A stretch of DNA of 64,000 nt from the NCBI GenBank assembly GCA_038850275.1, contig JAWCLZ010000003.1, forward strand, positions 28,194 to 92,193. The letters are read 5' to 3'. Source of the DNA: Methanocellales archaeon (GTDB lineage Archaea; Halobacteriota; JAWCLZ01). The position numbers and the translations under genes are program-made. The number at the start of each line of letters is the position of its first letter. The stretch's first letter is position 1. A model generated the notes under the pieces. That model saw only the letters and a program-made list of their open reading frames with translations, searched no databases and was not told the origin of the DNA. Below, in pieces: positions 39,201 through 48,961 of the stretch.

Positions 39201-39313
39201 AAGTTTAAAGATGATTCTATTCCCATTTATTTTTTATTCAAATTCAATTCCCTACGATAGTAGATGCATAAGTTTATATATAGTTTTATCAATTACTGAG
39301 CTCAGGTGAGAAA

Positions 39314-39691
39314 TTGAAGTGGCAAGCTCAGTCCAAGCGAAAGTTAACAGGAGGTCGAGTTCCACAGCTTAGGAGAAAGCGCAAGTTTGAGATGGGAAGA
39401 ACAGCTACCGAGCCGACCATTGGGGAGAGGAGATGTAAGAAGATCCAAGGCCTTGGAACTACTGAGAAGATGCGCTTGTTTAAATGCGATGTAGCAAATG
39501 TAACCGATCCCAAGACTGGTGTTACAAAAAAAGCGAAGATCGAGACCGTCCTTGAGAACCCTGCAAATCTCCATTATGTTAGAAGAAATATCTTAACAAA
39601 AGGTGCGATAATCAAAACTGAGTTGGGCAAAGCAAGGATAACCAACCGCCCTGCTCAAGATGGCGTGGTGAATGCGGTTTTAATCGAATAA
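39314..39691 (+). CDS. rps8e: 30S ribosomal protein S8e
   Basis: ENPANLHYVRRNILTKGAIIKTELGKARITNRPAQDGVVNAVLIE is the S8e C-terminus. Confidence 0.9.
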   Translation: MKWQAQSKRKLTGGRVPQLRRKRKFEMGRTATEPTIGERRCKKIQGLGTTEKMRLFKCDVANVTDPKTGVTKKAKIETVLENPANLHYVRRNILTKGAIIKTELGKARITNRPAQDGVVNAVLIE

Positions 39692-39694
39692 AAT

Positions 39695-40402
39695 TCAAGC
39701 TACTTTTAAATTAATTTTTGAAATGCCGCAATATAGTTTTGTTCCAGGGAAAGTAATGATGGCTATTTTTCCCTCGCCATAGCTAACATTTAACCCTAGG
39801 GTTTCATTGAAATATCTGCCCCATTCTCTATAGTAATTGCTTTTAATTATCACAGTAGTGTTATTGGTATAAATCGGAGAGGCTAATTTACTGGCTTTTG
39901 CTATTATTCTAATCACTCCTTCTCCAGCCTTTGAGTCCGAGCCAGCTAGCTCTATTACTGGTAAATATGAAACATTGCCCTTTGAAGCTCTAGGTGGCGC
40001 TAGAATTAAGGTGCTTTCCTCATATAAATATTTCACGAAGACAGCGCTGTTTTCATAGGCTATCACACGGTCAGCTAGCTCATACTCCACTGAGCCCAAG
40101 GAATATCGAGTTCCTTCGATTTCTATCCAGCTTTCGTTTACTAGAGAAATGCATCCATCTTTTATTTTTACCTCGCTCGTTCTCGATGGAGCCTGTGCGA
40201 GTGCCACTTCATCGATATTTGCCTTGAGCACTGAAAAGCTCTGCTCCATTTCACTAAGATGCGTCGACTTCTCAGCTGCATCGAGTACAGGCAAGCCATG
40301 GGTGTAAAAAAGCATTCCTGCCATGAGCACTGTGGAGAGTATTAATATATATCCAATTGCATTTGTAAGCGCGTCTTCCATCTTCAACATATTTTGCCTC
40401 AC
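39695..40402 (-). CDS. Pilin-like protein with an N-terminal TM/class-III-like signal (operon gene 5)
   Basis: N-terminus KMEDALTNAIGYILILSTVLMAGMLF, then a beta-rich domain. Start overlaps the stop of the upstream gene. Confidence 0.45.
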   Translation of the reverse strand: MRQNMLKMEDALTNAIGYILILSTVLMAGMLFYTHGLPVLDAAEKSTHLSEMEQSFSVLKANIDEVALAQAPSRTSEVKIKDGCISLVNESWIEIEGTRYSLGSVEYELADRVIAYENSAVFVKYLYEESTLILAPPRASKGNVSYLPVIELAGSDSKAGEGVIRIIAKASKLASPIYTNNTTVIIKSNYYREWGRYFNETLGLNVSYGEGKIAIITFPGTKLYCGISKINLKVA

Positions 40403-41859
40403 GAGCTGTATTTAATGAATACTTGAACGCAGTCCCAAGTTATTTCATCAAGCTTATTTTTCTTCGATATATAGACCCTCAAGTTATAAGCTGTGTTATT
40501 ACTCGGGCTTGCAGTTTCATTGAACCAGTAGGTTTTAGCTCCATTTAGCTCTATGGATTTATCTGAGATCAAGCCTGAAACTTCGAGGTGCAGGTTATCA
40601 CTGCCTCCATTCTGAGTGTGGCTGCTGATATTTATTGCTATATCGACTTCAAAGCCATGCATACCGCTGGGAAAGACTGGTGTAAATGAATAAATTTTTT
40701 CAAGAGAACCGCCTGATGGCGTGAAGCTCGCTGGTTCTAAGTCGCTGCTATTCCAAGTACCTATAATTGGTATAGTTACATTCACTACGTTGGATAGCGC
40801 TCCCTCAACTCCACTGTTGTTAACAACGGTAACTGCGTAGTAATATGTCATTCCCTGAGTTTTAACACTTGAATCTAGGTAGCTTGCGGGTGAGTCAAAC
40901 CAAGAGTTCGCTAGAAGCGTGGCTGTACCTAGATTTGAGTCATTTATGGGCTCGGTGCTTCTATAGATTTTATAGCTTGCCACTGATCCTATGGCTGGCT
41001 TTGTCCATCTAAGAAGTACGTCGGGATATGTTAAAACCACTGCATTTAAATCGCTAACATTACCAGGGGGTAGTCCAATTACTTTATATACCCTTAAATC
41101 ACTCGCAGTGTTGCCAGTTCGATCATAGGCTATGGCTTTAACTCTATATTCCCCATTTGGATATCTCTCGGTATTCCACTCCCATTGATAGGGATATTCA
41201 GCTGTGTAAACAAGGGTATCATTTAAGTAGTACTCCACTTTAACTACATATATATTATCCACTGCATTTACCCTTAGTTTCACTGTTTGTGAAATAGTTG
41301 AGCCATTTGCAGGACTAGGTGCAGTGAATGCGATTACCGGTGGCGTAGTGTCTATTGATGCATCGCATTCTCCAATAGTAATTACGCCAGTTGTGCGATT
41401 GAATCTCAAGATCTTTGTTTTTTCCGCGCTGGATATACTGCAATTTGCCACCGCTATTAATGGACTGATTGGTATTTTCACCTCTATATTGCGATTGACC
41501 TCAGGAACTAGTTTCACTAATCCTCTTTGTATTGCTATGGTGTAGAAGCTACCTCCTGCTTTGCTGGGAATTTCGACTTGAGAGGTTAATTCAATTATTT
41601 CTCCAGCTATGCTCGCGGTATTTATAACTCCATCAAAATCTTGGATTTTTGAGACTAAATCGCTGCCAATTGAACTGAGCTCGCGATATATAGCTATGTC
41701 AGTGGTGCTTATTAATATGCCTTGAAAGGATAGCGCTATGATGGAGAGTAAAACTGCAGAGATAGAGAAGGTTAATAGCAATTCAACTGTTACTGTCAAT
41801 GCATTTTCATCTTTCATATATATCCACCTTGATTTTTTCCTCGAGCTTAAGGATTCCAT
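40399..41859 (-). CDS. Large surface protein with a pilin-like N-terminus and FN3/Ig-like domains (operon gene 4)
   Basis: N-terminus KDENALTVTVELLLTFSISAVLLSII. It has many N-glycosylation sequons, and YKVIGLPPGNVSDLNAVVLTYPDVLLRWTKPAIGSVASYKIYRS is FN3-like. Confidence 0.5.
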   Translation of the reverse strand: MESLSSRKKSRWIYMKDENALTVTVELLLTFSISAVLLSIIALSFQGILISTTDIAIYRELSSIGSDLVSKIQDFDGVINTASIAGEIIELTSQVEIPSKAGGSFYTIAIQRGLVKLVPEVNRNIEVKIPISPLIAVANCSISSAEKTKILRFNRTTGVITIGECDASIDTTPPVIAFTAPSPANGSTISQTVKLRVNAVDNIYVVKVEYYLNDTLVYTAEYPYQWEWNTERYPNGEYRVKAIAYDRTGNTASDLRVYKVIGLPPGNVSDLNAVVLTYPDVLLRWTKPAIGSVASYKIYRSTEPINDSNLGTATLLANSWFDSPASYLDSSVKTQGMTYYYAVTVVNNSGVEGALSNVVNVTIPIIGTWNSSDLEPASFTPSGGSLEKIYSFTPVFPSGMHGFEVDIAINISSHTQNGGSDNLHLEVSGLISDKSIELNGAKTYWFNETASPSNNTAYNLRVYISKKNKLDEITWDCVQVFIKYSS

Positions 41860-42232
41860 CTTGGTATACTAAAGTGAGATTGAGATAGTCTAACGTTTGA
41901 TTTAGGTAATCTAAGTGGATTTCAACAGCTTCACCTCTCGCTGCATATAGCAAGGTAGTTGCGTTTACATAGGAATTGAAGTAGGAATGAAAGGTTGAAT
42001 TGAAAAAATCGCTACTGGTTTTATTTGCTTTTAAAACTGCATTTCTTGCCTCGCGAATTGTCATTTCCTGAAGGGATTTGAAGTGCTGCTTGCTTGGATA
42101 AAGTCCCGTCCCTGGAATGTTGCTTGTCAAGATTACATCGTTGAGTAGAATGGTTATTAATAGTAGGCTTAGCAACATGATGAATGCACTTAAGAGGATC
42201 ATTTGTCCCTCTCCATCTTTTTCCACATTCAT
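41807..42232 (-). CDS. Type IV pilin-like protein (operon gene 3)
   Basis: N-terminus GEGQMILLSAFIMLLSLLLITILL, with G-Q at the putative class III cleavage site. Confidence 0.45.
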   Translation of the reverse strand: MNVEKDGEGQMILLSAFIMLLSLLLITILLNDVILTSNIPGTGLYPSKQHFKSLQEMTIREARNAVLKANKTSSDFFNSTFHSYFNSYVNATTLLYAARGEAVEIHLDYLNQTLDYLNLTLVYQDGILKLEEKIKVDIYER

Positions 42233-42234
42233 GG

Positions 42235-42795
42235 CTACATCCTCCAGAGGGTGAGTTTAACTAGCACTAGGTTGTAAAAATCTGAGGTGCTATCTATATC
42301 TTTAATTGGATTGTTTTTATTGATTTTATCGCTATCGTAAATAACCACGGATTCATATACTGTAACCGCGTTATCAGAAGGCTCTCCATTCCAGATTATT
42401 GCTCCCGTTGCGAGATCCCATTTTGATGTGTTTATATATATTATTTCTAAATCATAGGCTATGCCTCGATTTGAGAGCGTGGAGATGAGGAGTTTTTCAA
42501 ATTCACTAAGATTCAATTTCCCCTGTAAGTTATTCTCTCGAGTCCCAGTCCAGTTTAATATGTTGCTTTTCAATGGCGAGCTGATATTCAAGGGATCTGG
42601 AGAGTAGTTAGATGTAGTTAATAAATCTTGACCAAGCATTGCTAAGTAAAACTCGATTTGCTGATTCGATGCAGAGGAGGTAAGGGGAGTTAGTGGGGTG
42701 GCTTTGGTTATGAATAGGAGTGCTGCTAGGATTAATGAAGCAGCTGCAAGTGCTTCTAAGGTGTAGAGTTGTCCAGATTCGTTTAATTTCACCAT
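42235..42795 (-). CDS. Type IV pilin-like protein (operon gene 2)
   Basis: N-terminus ESGQLYTLEALAAASLILAALLFI, a G-Q...E motif. Confidence 0.45.
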   Translation of the reverse strand: MVKLNESGQLYTLEALAAASLILAALLFITKATPLTPLTSSASNQQIEFYLAMLGQDLLTTSNYSPDPLNISSPLKSNILNWTGTRENNLQGKLNLSEFEKLLISTLSNRGIAYDLEIIYINTSKWDLATGAIIWNGEPSDNAVTVYESVVIYDSDKINKNNPIKDIDSTSDFYNLVLVKLTLWRM

Positions 42796-43292
42796 ATCAT
42801 CACCAATAGTATCAATCTTTCTTCCAATTCACTTGCGAGCACTACTCTCTTGGCTTGAGCAACTGTTGAGAAATCTGGTGGCGTTTTTCCAACCTTGAGC
42901 ACTGCCTGTGAATTTTCTAGGTATATGCTGTCATTTAAAAATCGAAGCTCTAGGTATAGTTCGTATTTTCTATTTGCTGTTACTAGTCCAAGTTCATTTA
43001 TTTTACTCTCATAGGAATTGCTTAGTGAACTATTCAACTCTCTAGCTTTTTCAAGTGAGATCAAGCCGGGGTTTTGAGGATTTACTGCAAGTCCTCTTGG
43101 GTCTTCAATTAAAAAGGCTGCTATTCTATTTGCTAGGAAATTCACATTCTCTGATTCAGATTGAAATGGAACGAAAAGTCCAGTTATGCTTTGAAAAAGA
43201 AATAAAAATGCCAGTGAGAATATGATTATTCCAGCTATGAAATCCAAGCTAATTTGAGCACAGGAGTCTAGTCTCTTAATCATTTCTTTCAC
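42789..43292 (-). CDS. Type IV pilin-like protein, DUF361-type signal (operon gene 1)
   Basis: N-terminus RLDSCAQISLDFIAGIIIFSLAFLFLF, matching the archaeal QxSxEF-type class III signal. Confidence 0.5.
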   Translation of the reverse strand: MKEMIKRLDSCAQISLDFIAGIIIFSLAFLFLFQSITGLFVPFQSESENVNFLANRIAAFLIEDPRGLAVNPQNPGLISLEKARELNSSLSNSYESKINELGLVTANRKYELYLELRFLNDSIYLENSQAVLKVGKTPPDFSTVAQAKRVVLASELEERLILLVMIW

Positions 43293-43422
43293 TTTTGATT
43301 AATATTCTAATTTATCTTCATTATATATCAATTATTACCAATATAATTAAAATTTTTCTAATAATTTTAAAAAACTTTGAAAAAGAAATCTTTAAGCATA
43401 GAGATTTGAATAACATAAAGCA

Positions 43423-44163
43423 GTGGAAATGGAATTGAGATTTGGAGAGAGAGTCTTTAAACCCGAGGTTAGGAAATTATATGATATGAAAGAGGTGATT
43501 TTCGATAGAGAGTGGCTTAAAACCGCTCCTAATTTAGAGCTATATTATATGTATCGCGATCTCACGTTGAGTAAAAAGGATGAAAACGCTAGTAGGCAAT
43601 ATTGCTTAAGATATGATATCACCATAATCCCATCTTTCAATCTCGGCAGAGAATATGTGAAAACCGCTGGTCATTATCATCCACCTTTAAATTCAAATTT
43701 AACCTACCCCGAGCTCTATGAAGTCCTAGAGGGGAAAGCACATTATTTGCTGCAGAAGCCAGAGAAAACAGATATAAGCAGAATTCTAGACGTGGTATTG
43801 ATCGAAGCTGAAGCAGGGGACAAGGTAATAATACCTCCAAATTACGGTCACATAACCATAAATCCAACTAAGAAAACCTTGAAAATGGCAAACTGGGTTT
43901 CTAGGAATTTCACTTCCATCTACGATCCCTATCGAAGAATGGGAGGGGGAGCATATTTTGAATTAACAAATGGCGAATTCATAAAAAACAAAAACTATAT
44001 CCAAGTTCCAGAGATTCGATTCCTAAAACCAGCGAATTTCTCTGAATTTGGCTTACAAAAAAACAAAGAGATCTATGGATTAATACGTAATCCAGAAAAA
44101 CTTGAGTTTTTGAATAAACCTTCTCAATATAAAGCACTCTTTGATAGAGTATTAAGCGGCTAA
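43423..44163 (+). CDS. Cupin-domain protein, cupin-type phosphoglucose isomerase-like
   Basis: Cupin motifs TAGHYHP...E...G and GDKVIIPPNYGHITIN. Confidence 0.5.
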   Translation: MEMELRFGERVFKPEVRKLYDMKEVIFDREWLKTAPNLELYYMYRDLTLSKKDENASRQYCLRYDITIIPSFNLGREYVKTAGHYHPPLNSNLTYPELYEVLEGKAHYLLQKPEKTDISRILDVVLIEAEAGDKVIIPPNYGHITINPTKKTLKMANWVSRNFTSIYDPYRRMGGGAYFELTNGEFIKNKNYIQVPEIRFLKPANFSEFGLQKNKEIYGLIRNPEKLEFLNKPSQYKALFDRVLSG

Positions 44164-44177
44164 AGGAAAATAAAGTC

Positions 44178-44219
44178 GTAGGAGATAAATGCAAGTAGGA
44201 GATAAATGCAAGTAGGAGT
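44178..44219. repeat. Tandem duplication (17 bp x about 2.5) of the RBS/start region of the MTAP gene
   Basis: GTAGGAGATAAATGCAA repeats at 44178 and 44195, with a partial third copy. This creates two ATGs (44189 and 44206). The first opens an 8-codon uORF MQVGDKCK*. Confidence 0.8.
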
Positions 44220-44937
44220 AATCCTAGGCTCTGGATACGATGAGTTTCTTGATGTCGGGAAAAGTTTCCAAGTTCGCACAAGCTATGGCGAAGTTGAAGC
44301 TAGGGAATTGAAGATCGGGGAGATAAAAACATTTATCCTCAATAGACATGGTAAAGAAGCTGCAACTCCAGCGAATAAGATAAATCATAAAGCTAATATT
44401 GCAGCGCTTCAGCAGCTTGGAGTTGAGCGAATAATTGCTCTCTCAACAGTGGGAAGCATGCATAGATCCATAAAAGTGGGAGACCTTGTGCTCCTAGATC
44501 AATTTATAGACTTAAGTTCTTGGTCTATAAGTTTTGAGGATAAATACTTCGATGTAAGCGAGCCTTTCTGCGAGGAATTGAGGAGCATAATATTGAAGTC
44601 AGCTAGAGCACTTGAACTTAAACTACATCCCAGAGGAACCTATATCTGCGTGCGCGGCCCGAGGTATGAAACCAAGGCGGAGATAAAGGCTTATCAAAAA
44701 CTAGGGGGAGAAGTTGTTGGCATGACAATTGCACCTGAATGTACCCTTGCAAGAGAAATAAATATATGCTATGCAGCAGTTTCACTCGTTACAAATTTTG
44801 CAGCTGGCTTAGGGAAAGCAAAGTTAAGCCATCAAAAAGTTCTTGAAGTATGCTCTCAGAAGAGGAAAAATTTGGAGAAATTAATCCTTAAAGTAATCCC
44901 TGAGATACCTATGGATAAAAAATGCAAATGCAGCTAG
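44206..44937 (+). CDS. mtnP: 5'-methylthioadenosine/purine nucleoside phosphorylase
   Basis: PNP/MTAP family (RHGKEAATPANKINHKANIAALQQLGVERIIALSTVGS...GMTIAPE). Confidence 0.8.
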   Translation: MQVGVILGSGYDEFLDVGKSFQVRTSYGEVEARELKIGEIKTFILNRHGKEAATPANKINHKANIAALQQLGVERIIALSTVGSMHRSIKVGDLVLLDQFIDLSSWSISFEDKYFDVSEPFCEELRSIILKSARALELKLHPRGTYICVRGPRYETKAEIKAYQKLGGEVVGMTIAPECTLAREINICYAAVSLVTNFAAGLGKAKLSHQKVLEVCSQKRKNLEKLILKVIPEIPMDKKCKCS

Positions 44938-45932
44938 CTTTTCTTTAAAATCCAGATATATCTCGTTAAGCTTCTATGCACACGTTGCTCTATAACTTCG
45001 AGCACTTCAAATTTAGCATTCTCAGCTAAAGATTTAATTGATCGATCAGAGACCACGACAGCGATTTTATTCTGCTTCAATACGCGATTCATCTCCAAGA
45101 GTGATTTACTATAAAGGTCTTCAATATCCCTAGCTTCAATTTTAGCTGATCTTCCATATGGTGGATCTGTGACAATGGCATCTACACAGCTATCCTTCAA
45201 GGGTAAATTGCGAGCATCGCTTATTAAGAGATAGTAACTTGCTCCATAGTAATCTAAGTTTAACTTCGCTCCTCTCACCATCTTATATTGAAAATCACCT
45301 CCAATTACCCGTGCACCTACGAGGGCTGCTTCAACTAAAATTCCACCTGCACCGCAAAAGGGATCAAGCAATAGCTCATTGCTTTTAACACCTGAGATAT
45401 TAACCAATGCGCGTGCGATATGAGGCATAAGCACGCCTGGATAGAAAAAGGGCTTCAATTTTGGCTTTCGCTTTGCAAATTCCCCTCTTTTTAAAGCTGC
45501 TATAAGCTTTCCGAAGATTGCTAATTCATCTGTTAAAATCACTCTGAATATAATCTCAGGATGCTCGAGATCAACGCGATAGCCTCGCTTGTGAATTAAC
45601 TCACCTAAGATATTCTCCAACCGAGGAGTGGCTTTAGATCTAGACTTCACTCTTACGCAGAAGCTTTTCGCATTTAAATTTAGATTCAATCTTTCCACTA
45701 AGTTAATGATACTTTGCTCATGCGGCTTGCACATCCCAAGGACTTCAATTATGCGATGCACCATTCCAAGGCGAGATTCGATCTCTGTTGGGTAAAAATC
45801 AACCTCAATAATTAATATCTGACCTGAAAAAGCCACTTCGCGGTATCTCACTCCAGAGGAATCTAGAAATCTAAGTACCTCTAGCCTTGGAAGTGTTTTA
45901 TGTTCGCCTGAGAGCTCAAAGGCCAAGATCAT
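44934..45932 (-). CDS. THUMP-domain tRNA (guanine-N2)-methyltransferase (Trm14/TrmN-like)
   Basis: THUMP N-terminal domain, SAM site LLDPFCGAGGILVEAA, catalytic DPPYG. Confidence 0.8.
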   Translation of the reverse strand: MILAFELSGEHKTLPRLEVLRFLDSSGVRYREVAFSGQILIIEVDFYPTEIESRLGMVHRIIEVLGMCKPHEQSIINLVERLNLNLNAKSFCVRVKSRSKATPRLENILGELIHKRGYRVDLEHPEIIFRVILTDELAIFGKLIAALKRGEFAKRKPKLKPFFYPGVLMPHIARALVNISGVKSNELLLDPFCGAGGILVEAALVGARVIGGDFQYKMVRGAKLNLDYYGASYYLLISDARNLPLKDSCVDAIVTDPPYGRSAKIEARDIEDLYSKSLLEMNRVLKQNKIAVVVSDRSIKSLAENAKFEVLEVIEQRVHRSLTRYIWILKKS

Positions 45933-45971
45933 ATAATTTTTAGATATGCACCTTAAAATATTAATAACAGC

Positions 45972-46352
45972 TTGATGATCTCTAAAAACGTGTACGCACC
46001 TCCAAATCGACTTCCAAAGGTTGTTAAAGCAATAATGCTTGAGGGCGAGCGGATTTTATTTCACTTGCATCAAACTCGAGCTAAGCATCCAATAACACCT
46101 GATACTATTTATATCACCAATTTCCGAGTTATAAGATACAGCCCAAAATTACTAGGACTTAAGCATGAAACTGAGGATTATTACTACAAAGATATAGCCA
46201 ATGTAAAGATCGATAAGGGCTTGATTTATTCCTCAATTTTACTTAAAGTTCGATTTCTATCCCACGATTTAATATTTGAGGATATTTCAACCAGAGACGC
46301 TGAGGAAATGTTTAGGATAATTGGGGAAATAATCAAGCAAGAAATTAAATGA
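45972..46352 (+). CDS. Bacterial-type PH-domain (bPH/YdbS-like) protein
   Basis: 126 aa with a beta-sandwich-like pattern. Confidence 0.4.
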   Translation: MMISKNVYAPPNRLPKVVKAIMLEGERILFHLHQTRAKHPITPDTIYITNFRVIRYSPKLLGLKHETEDYYYKDIANVKIDKGLIYSSILLKVRFLSHDLIFEDISTRDAEEMFRIIGEIIKQEIK

Positions 46353-46453
46353 GCTTAAAAATTTATTGAAAATAGTTTTTATATACTAAAAATACTTTAA
46401 ATACTTCTTTACTGAAGATTTAAATACTTCTTTAATTGAGTGGAGATGAAAAT

Positions 46454-47020
46454 ATGTCCAAAGCCGAAGAGGCAAAGGCAACCATAAAGATTGAAAATGT
46501 CGTAGCTTCAACATCCATTGGACGTGAAATTGATTTAAAAGCCATAACCCAAGCCCTAGAGGGCGCTGATTACGATCCTGAGCAATTCCCAGGATTGGTT
46601 TATCGCACTAAAGACCCTAAAACAGCTGCATTGATTTTTAGATCAGGCAAGATAGTATGCACAGGTGCGAAGAGCATAGAGGATGTTGATAAGGGTCTGA
46701 AAAAAGTTTTCAAAAAAATGGAGGCAGTGGGAATACAAGTAGCTGAGACACCTGAAATCACTGTTCAAAATATAGTGGCATCGGCAGATTTAGGTTCTGA
46801 GCTGAATCTAAATGCAATTGCGATAGGACTTGGACTTGAAAACATAGAATATGAACCTGAGCAATTCCCAGGATTGGTTTATCGCATATCTGAGCCAAAA
46901 GTGGTTGTGCTGCTTTTTGGCTCTGGAAAACTAGTCGTAACTGGTGGGAAAAAACCTCAAGATGCAGGAGCAGCGGTTGAGAGAATAGTGAAAGAACTTG
47001 AGAGTCTTGCACTGCTGTAG
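46454..47020 (+). CDS. tbp: TATA-box binding protein
   Basis: Two TBP repeats ([16 protein letters not shown]...QFPGLVYR and [16 protein letters not shown]...QFPGLVYR). ATG at 46454 is preferred over the upstream TTG. Confidence 0.9.
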   Translation: MSKAEEAKATIKIENVVASTSIGREIDLKAITQALEGADYDPEQFPGLVYRTKDPKTAALIFRSGKIVCTGAKSIEDVDKGLKKVFKKMEAVGIQVAETPEITVQNIVASADLGSELNLNAIAIGLGLENIEYEPEQFPGLVYRISEPKVVVLLFGSGKLVVTGGKKPQDAGAAVERIVKELESLALL

Positions 47021-47695
47021 ATGATAATCCCGGAGAGCGAGCGTTCCAAAGAGCCCCTAGTGGGAGAGAAAGTGATAACTCATCCCGATATCATTAGGGC
47101 AAATGAGTGGATTTTAACTGAATACAAGCCGCCTAAGAGAGAACTCTGCATCTTCGTGCCCTGCGCCAAGGTCAAGCCTTACCACGCTAGTCCATCCCAT
47201 AAGACCTATGATAAAGTGATCTTCAGCTTGCTTCCAAGGGAGAAAGTGCATATTGTGGCATTTGGAACTTGTGGTGTAACACCGAGAGAGCTTGACACCG
47301 AATATCCATTCATGCACTACAACTTCATGCTTGGCAAGTGCAATGTACCAGAAGTTAAAAAGCAATTCATAGAGATCGAGAGCCAGAGGCTCAGGAGATA
47401 TCTGGAGAAAACCAGAGAAAACTATAAATATAGAATAGCATATTGCATTGGAGATTTTCGCACGGCAATGCTCAAAGCCATTGAACTCAGCGGGATCGAA
47501 GTTATAGTAGTGCCAAGAATAGAAACCCTAGAGCGATGTAAAATTGCGAACAAAACCTTTGCATATGGCAGTTTAAGTAGAAGGGAGTACCTCCAAGACT
47601 TAGCTGATGCCATTGCAGATTTATTTAAAATGGAGAGGCGAGTGGTTGAAATATCTGAGATGCCGCGTGATAACTACGACTGGTATCTACTATGA
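47021..47695 (+). CDS. Conserved archaeal protein, possibly DUF5591-like (ArcS-associated domain)
   Basis: LCIFVPCAKVKPYHASPSH is the motif I associate with DUF5591. This is recalled from memory, not verified. Confidence 0.4.
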   Translation: MIIPESERSKEPLVGEKVITHPDIIRANEWILTEYKPPKRELCIFVPCAKVKPYHASPSHKTYDKVIFSLLPREKVHIVAFGTCGVTPRELDTEYPFMHYNFMLGKCNVPEVKKQFIEIESQRLRRYLEKTRENYKYRIAYCIGDFRTAMLKAIELSGIEVIVVPRIETLERCKIANKTFAYGSLSRREYLQDLADAIADLFKMERRVVEISEMPRDNYDWYLL

Positions 47696-48141
47696 ACACC
47701 TTTTACTCTCCAAAGCTGGAGCTATATATAAACATTCAGATGGAGAATGGTATTATCAAAAGGCTAATGTTCAGCAGAGCACCTATGGGCAAGGAAGCCA
47801 AAAGCAGGGTTATTGAGGACCTGAGGAGATATTTAAATGGAGAAGCGATTGATTTTTCAAAGTATAACATTTCCCTTTCAAGCTTCACTCAGTTTGAAAG
47901 AGCAGTATTGCTTGAAACTCGGAAGATACCCTTCGGCGTGACTATATGCTACTCCGAGCTTGCAAAACTCGTGGGAACAAGTGCGGTTAGAGCAGTTGGC
48001 AATGCTCTAGCTAAAAATCCAGTCCCCCTATTAATTCCATGCCATAGAGTAATTCGCAAAAATGGCTCACTAGGGGGCTATACCGCTGGAGTTAATGTGA
48101 AGCAAAAATTGCTGGAAATTGAAGGAATTAGAGGAGGATAA
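47692..48141 (+). CDS. ogt: Methylated-DNA-protein-cysteine methyltransferase
   Basis: Active site IPCHRVI and a helix-turn-helix. Confidence 0.85.
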   Translation: MNTFYSPKLELYINIQMENGIIKRLMFSRAPMGKEAKSRVIEDLRRYLNGEAIDFSKYNISLSSFTQFERAVLLETRKIPFGVTICYSELAKLVGTSAVRAVGNALAKNPVPLLIPCHRVIRKNGSLGGYTAGVNVKQKLLEIEGIRGG

Positions 48142-48142
48142 A

Positions 48143-48952
48143 ATGAATAAGAGAAGAATAATTCCCTGTTTAGATACCAAGTTTGATGAAACAGGTAAAC
48201 CAGTAGTGGTAAAGGGAATTGAATTTGAGAATTTGCGCTACGCAGGCAATCCAGTTGAACTTGCAGAGCTATATTCCCTTCAAGGAGCGGATGAACTCGT
48301 GTTCCTTGACATCAGTGCTTCCATTGAAAATAGAAATACAATGGTCGAGACTGTGAAAACTATTTCGAAGGTTGTATCTATTCCCTTAACAGTTGGCGGG
48401 GGAATCAAGAGTATTAGAGATATAGAGTTAATTCTAGCAGCTGGTGCAGATAAGGTTAGCATAAATACCGCTGCGGTGAAAAATCCAAATTTAATAAAGG
48501 AAGCGGCTCAGAAATTTGGAAGCCAGCGGATTGTTTCGGCCATAGATTGCAAGCGCAACTTCAAATTCGAAGCAGGTAGAAATATGATTGAACTCGAAGA
48601 TGGAGGTAAAGCTTGGTACGAGGTTGTGATCTACAGTGGAAAGCAGCATACTAATATAGATGCAGTGCAATGGGCAAAGCAAGTTGAGGAATTAGGTGCT
48701 GGTGAGATTTTACTAACAAGTAAAGATAGAGATGGCACCAAACTTGGCTACGATATACCTATAACCAGAGCAATAGCGCAAGCAGTGGATATACCTGTTA
48801 TTGCAAGTGGAGGTGTAGGAAAACTGGAGCACTTCTATCAAGCATTCATAAACGGTGCCAGCGCTTGCTTAGCTGCAAGTATTTTCCACTATGGAGAATA
48901 TACCATAAAAGAGGTAAAAAATTATCTGCGTGAGAGGGGAATTGAAATTTAA
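48143..48952 (+). CDS. hisF: Imidazole glycerol phosphate synthase cyclase subunit
   Basis: RIIPCLD...[10 protein letters not shown]...VGGGI. SD GAGGAGGA lies before ATG 48143. The ogt stop overlaps the RBS. Confidence 0.85.
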   Translation: MNKRRIIPCLDTKFDETGKPVVVKGIEFENLRYAGNPVELAELYSLQGADELVFLDISASIENRNTMVETVKTISKVVSIPLTVGGGIKSIRDIELILAAGADKVSINTAAVKNPNLIKEAAQKFGSQRIVSAIDCKRNFKFEAGRNMIELEDGGKAWYEVVIYSGKQHTNIDAVQWAKQVEELGAGEILLTSKDRDGTKLGYDIPITRAIAQAVDIPVIASGGVGKLEHFYQAFINGASACLAASIFHYGEYTIKEVKNYLRERGIEI

Positions 48953-48961
48953 GATCTTTTT

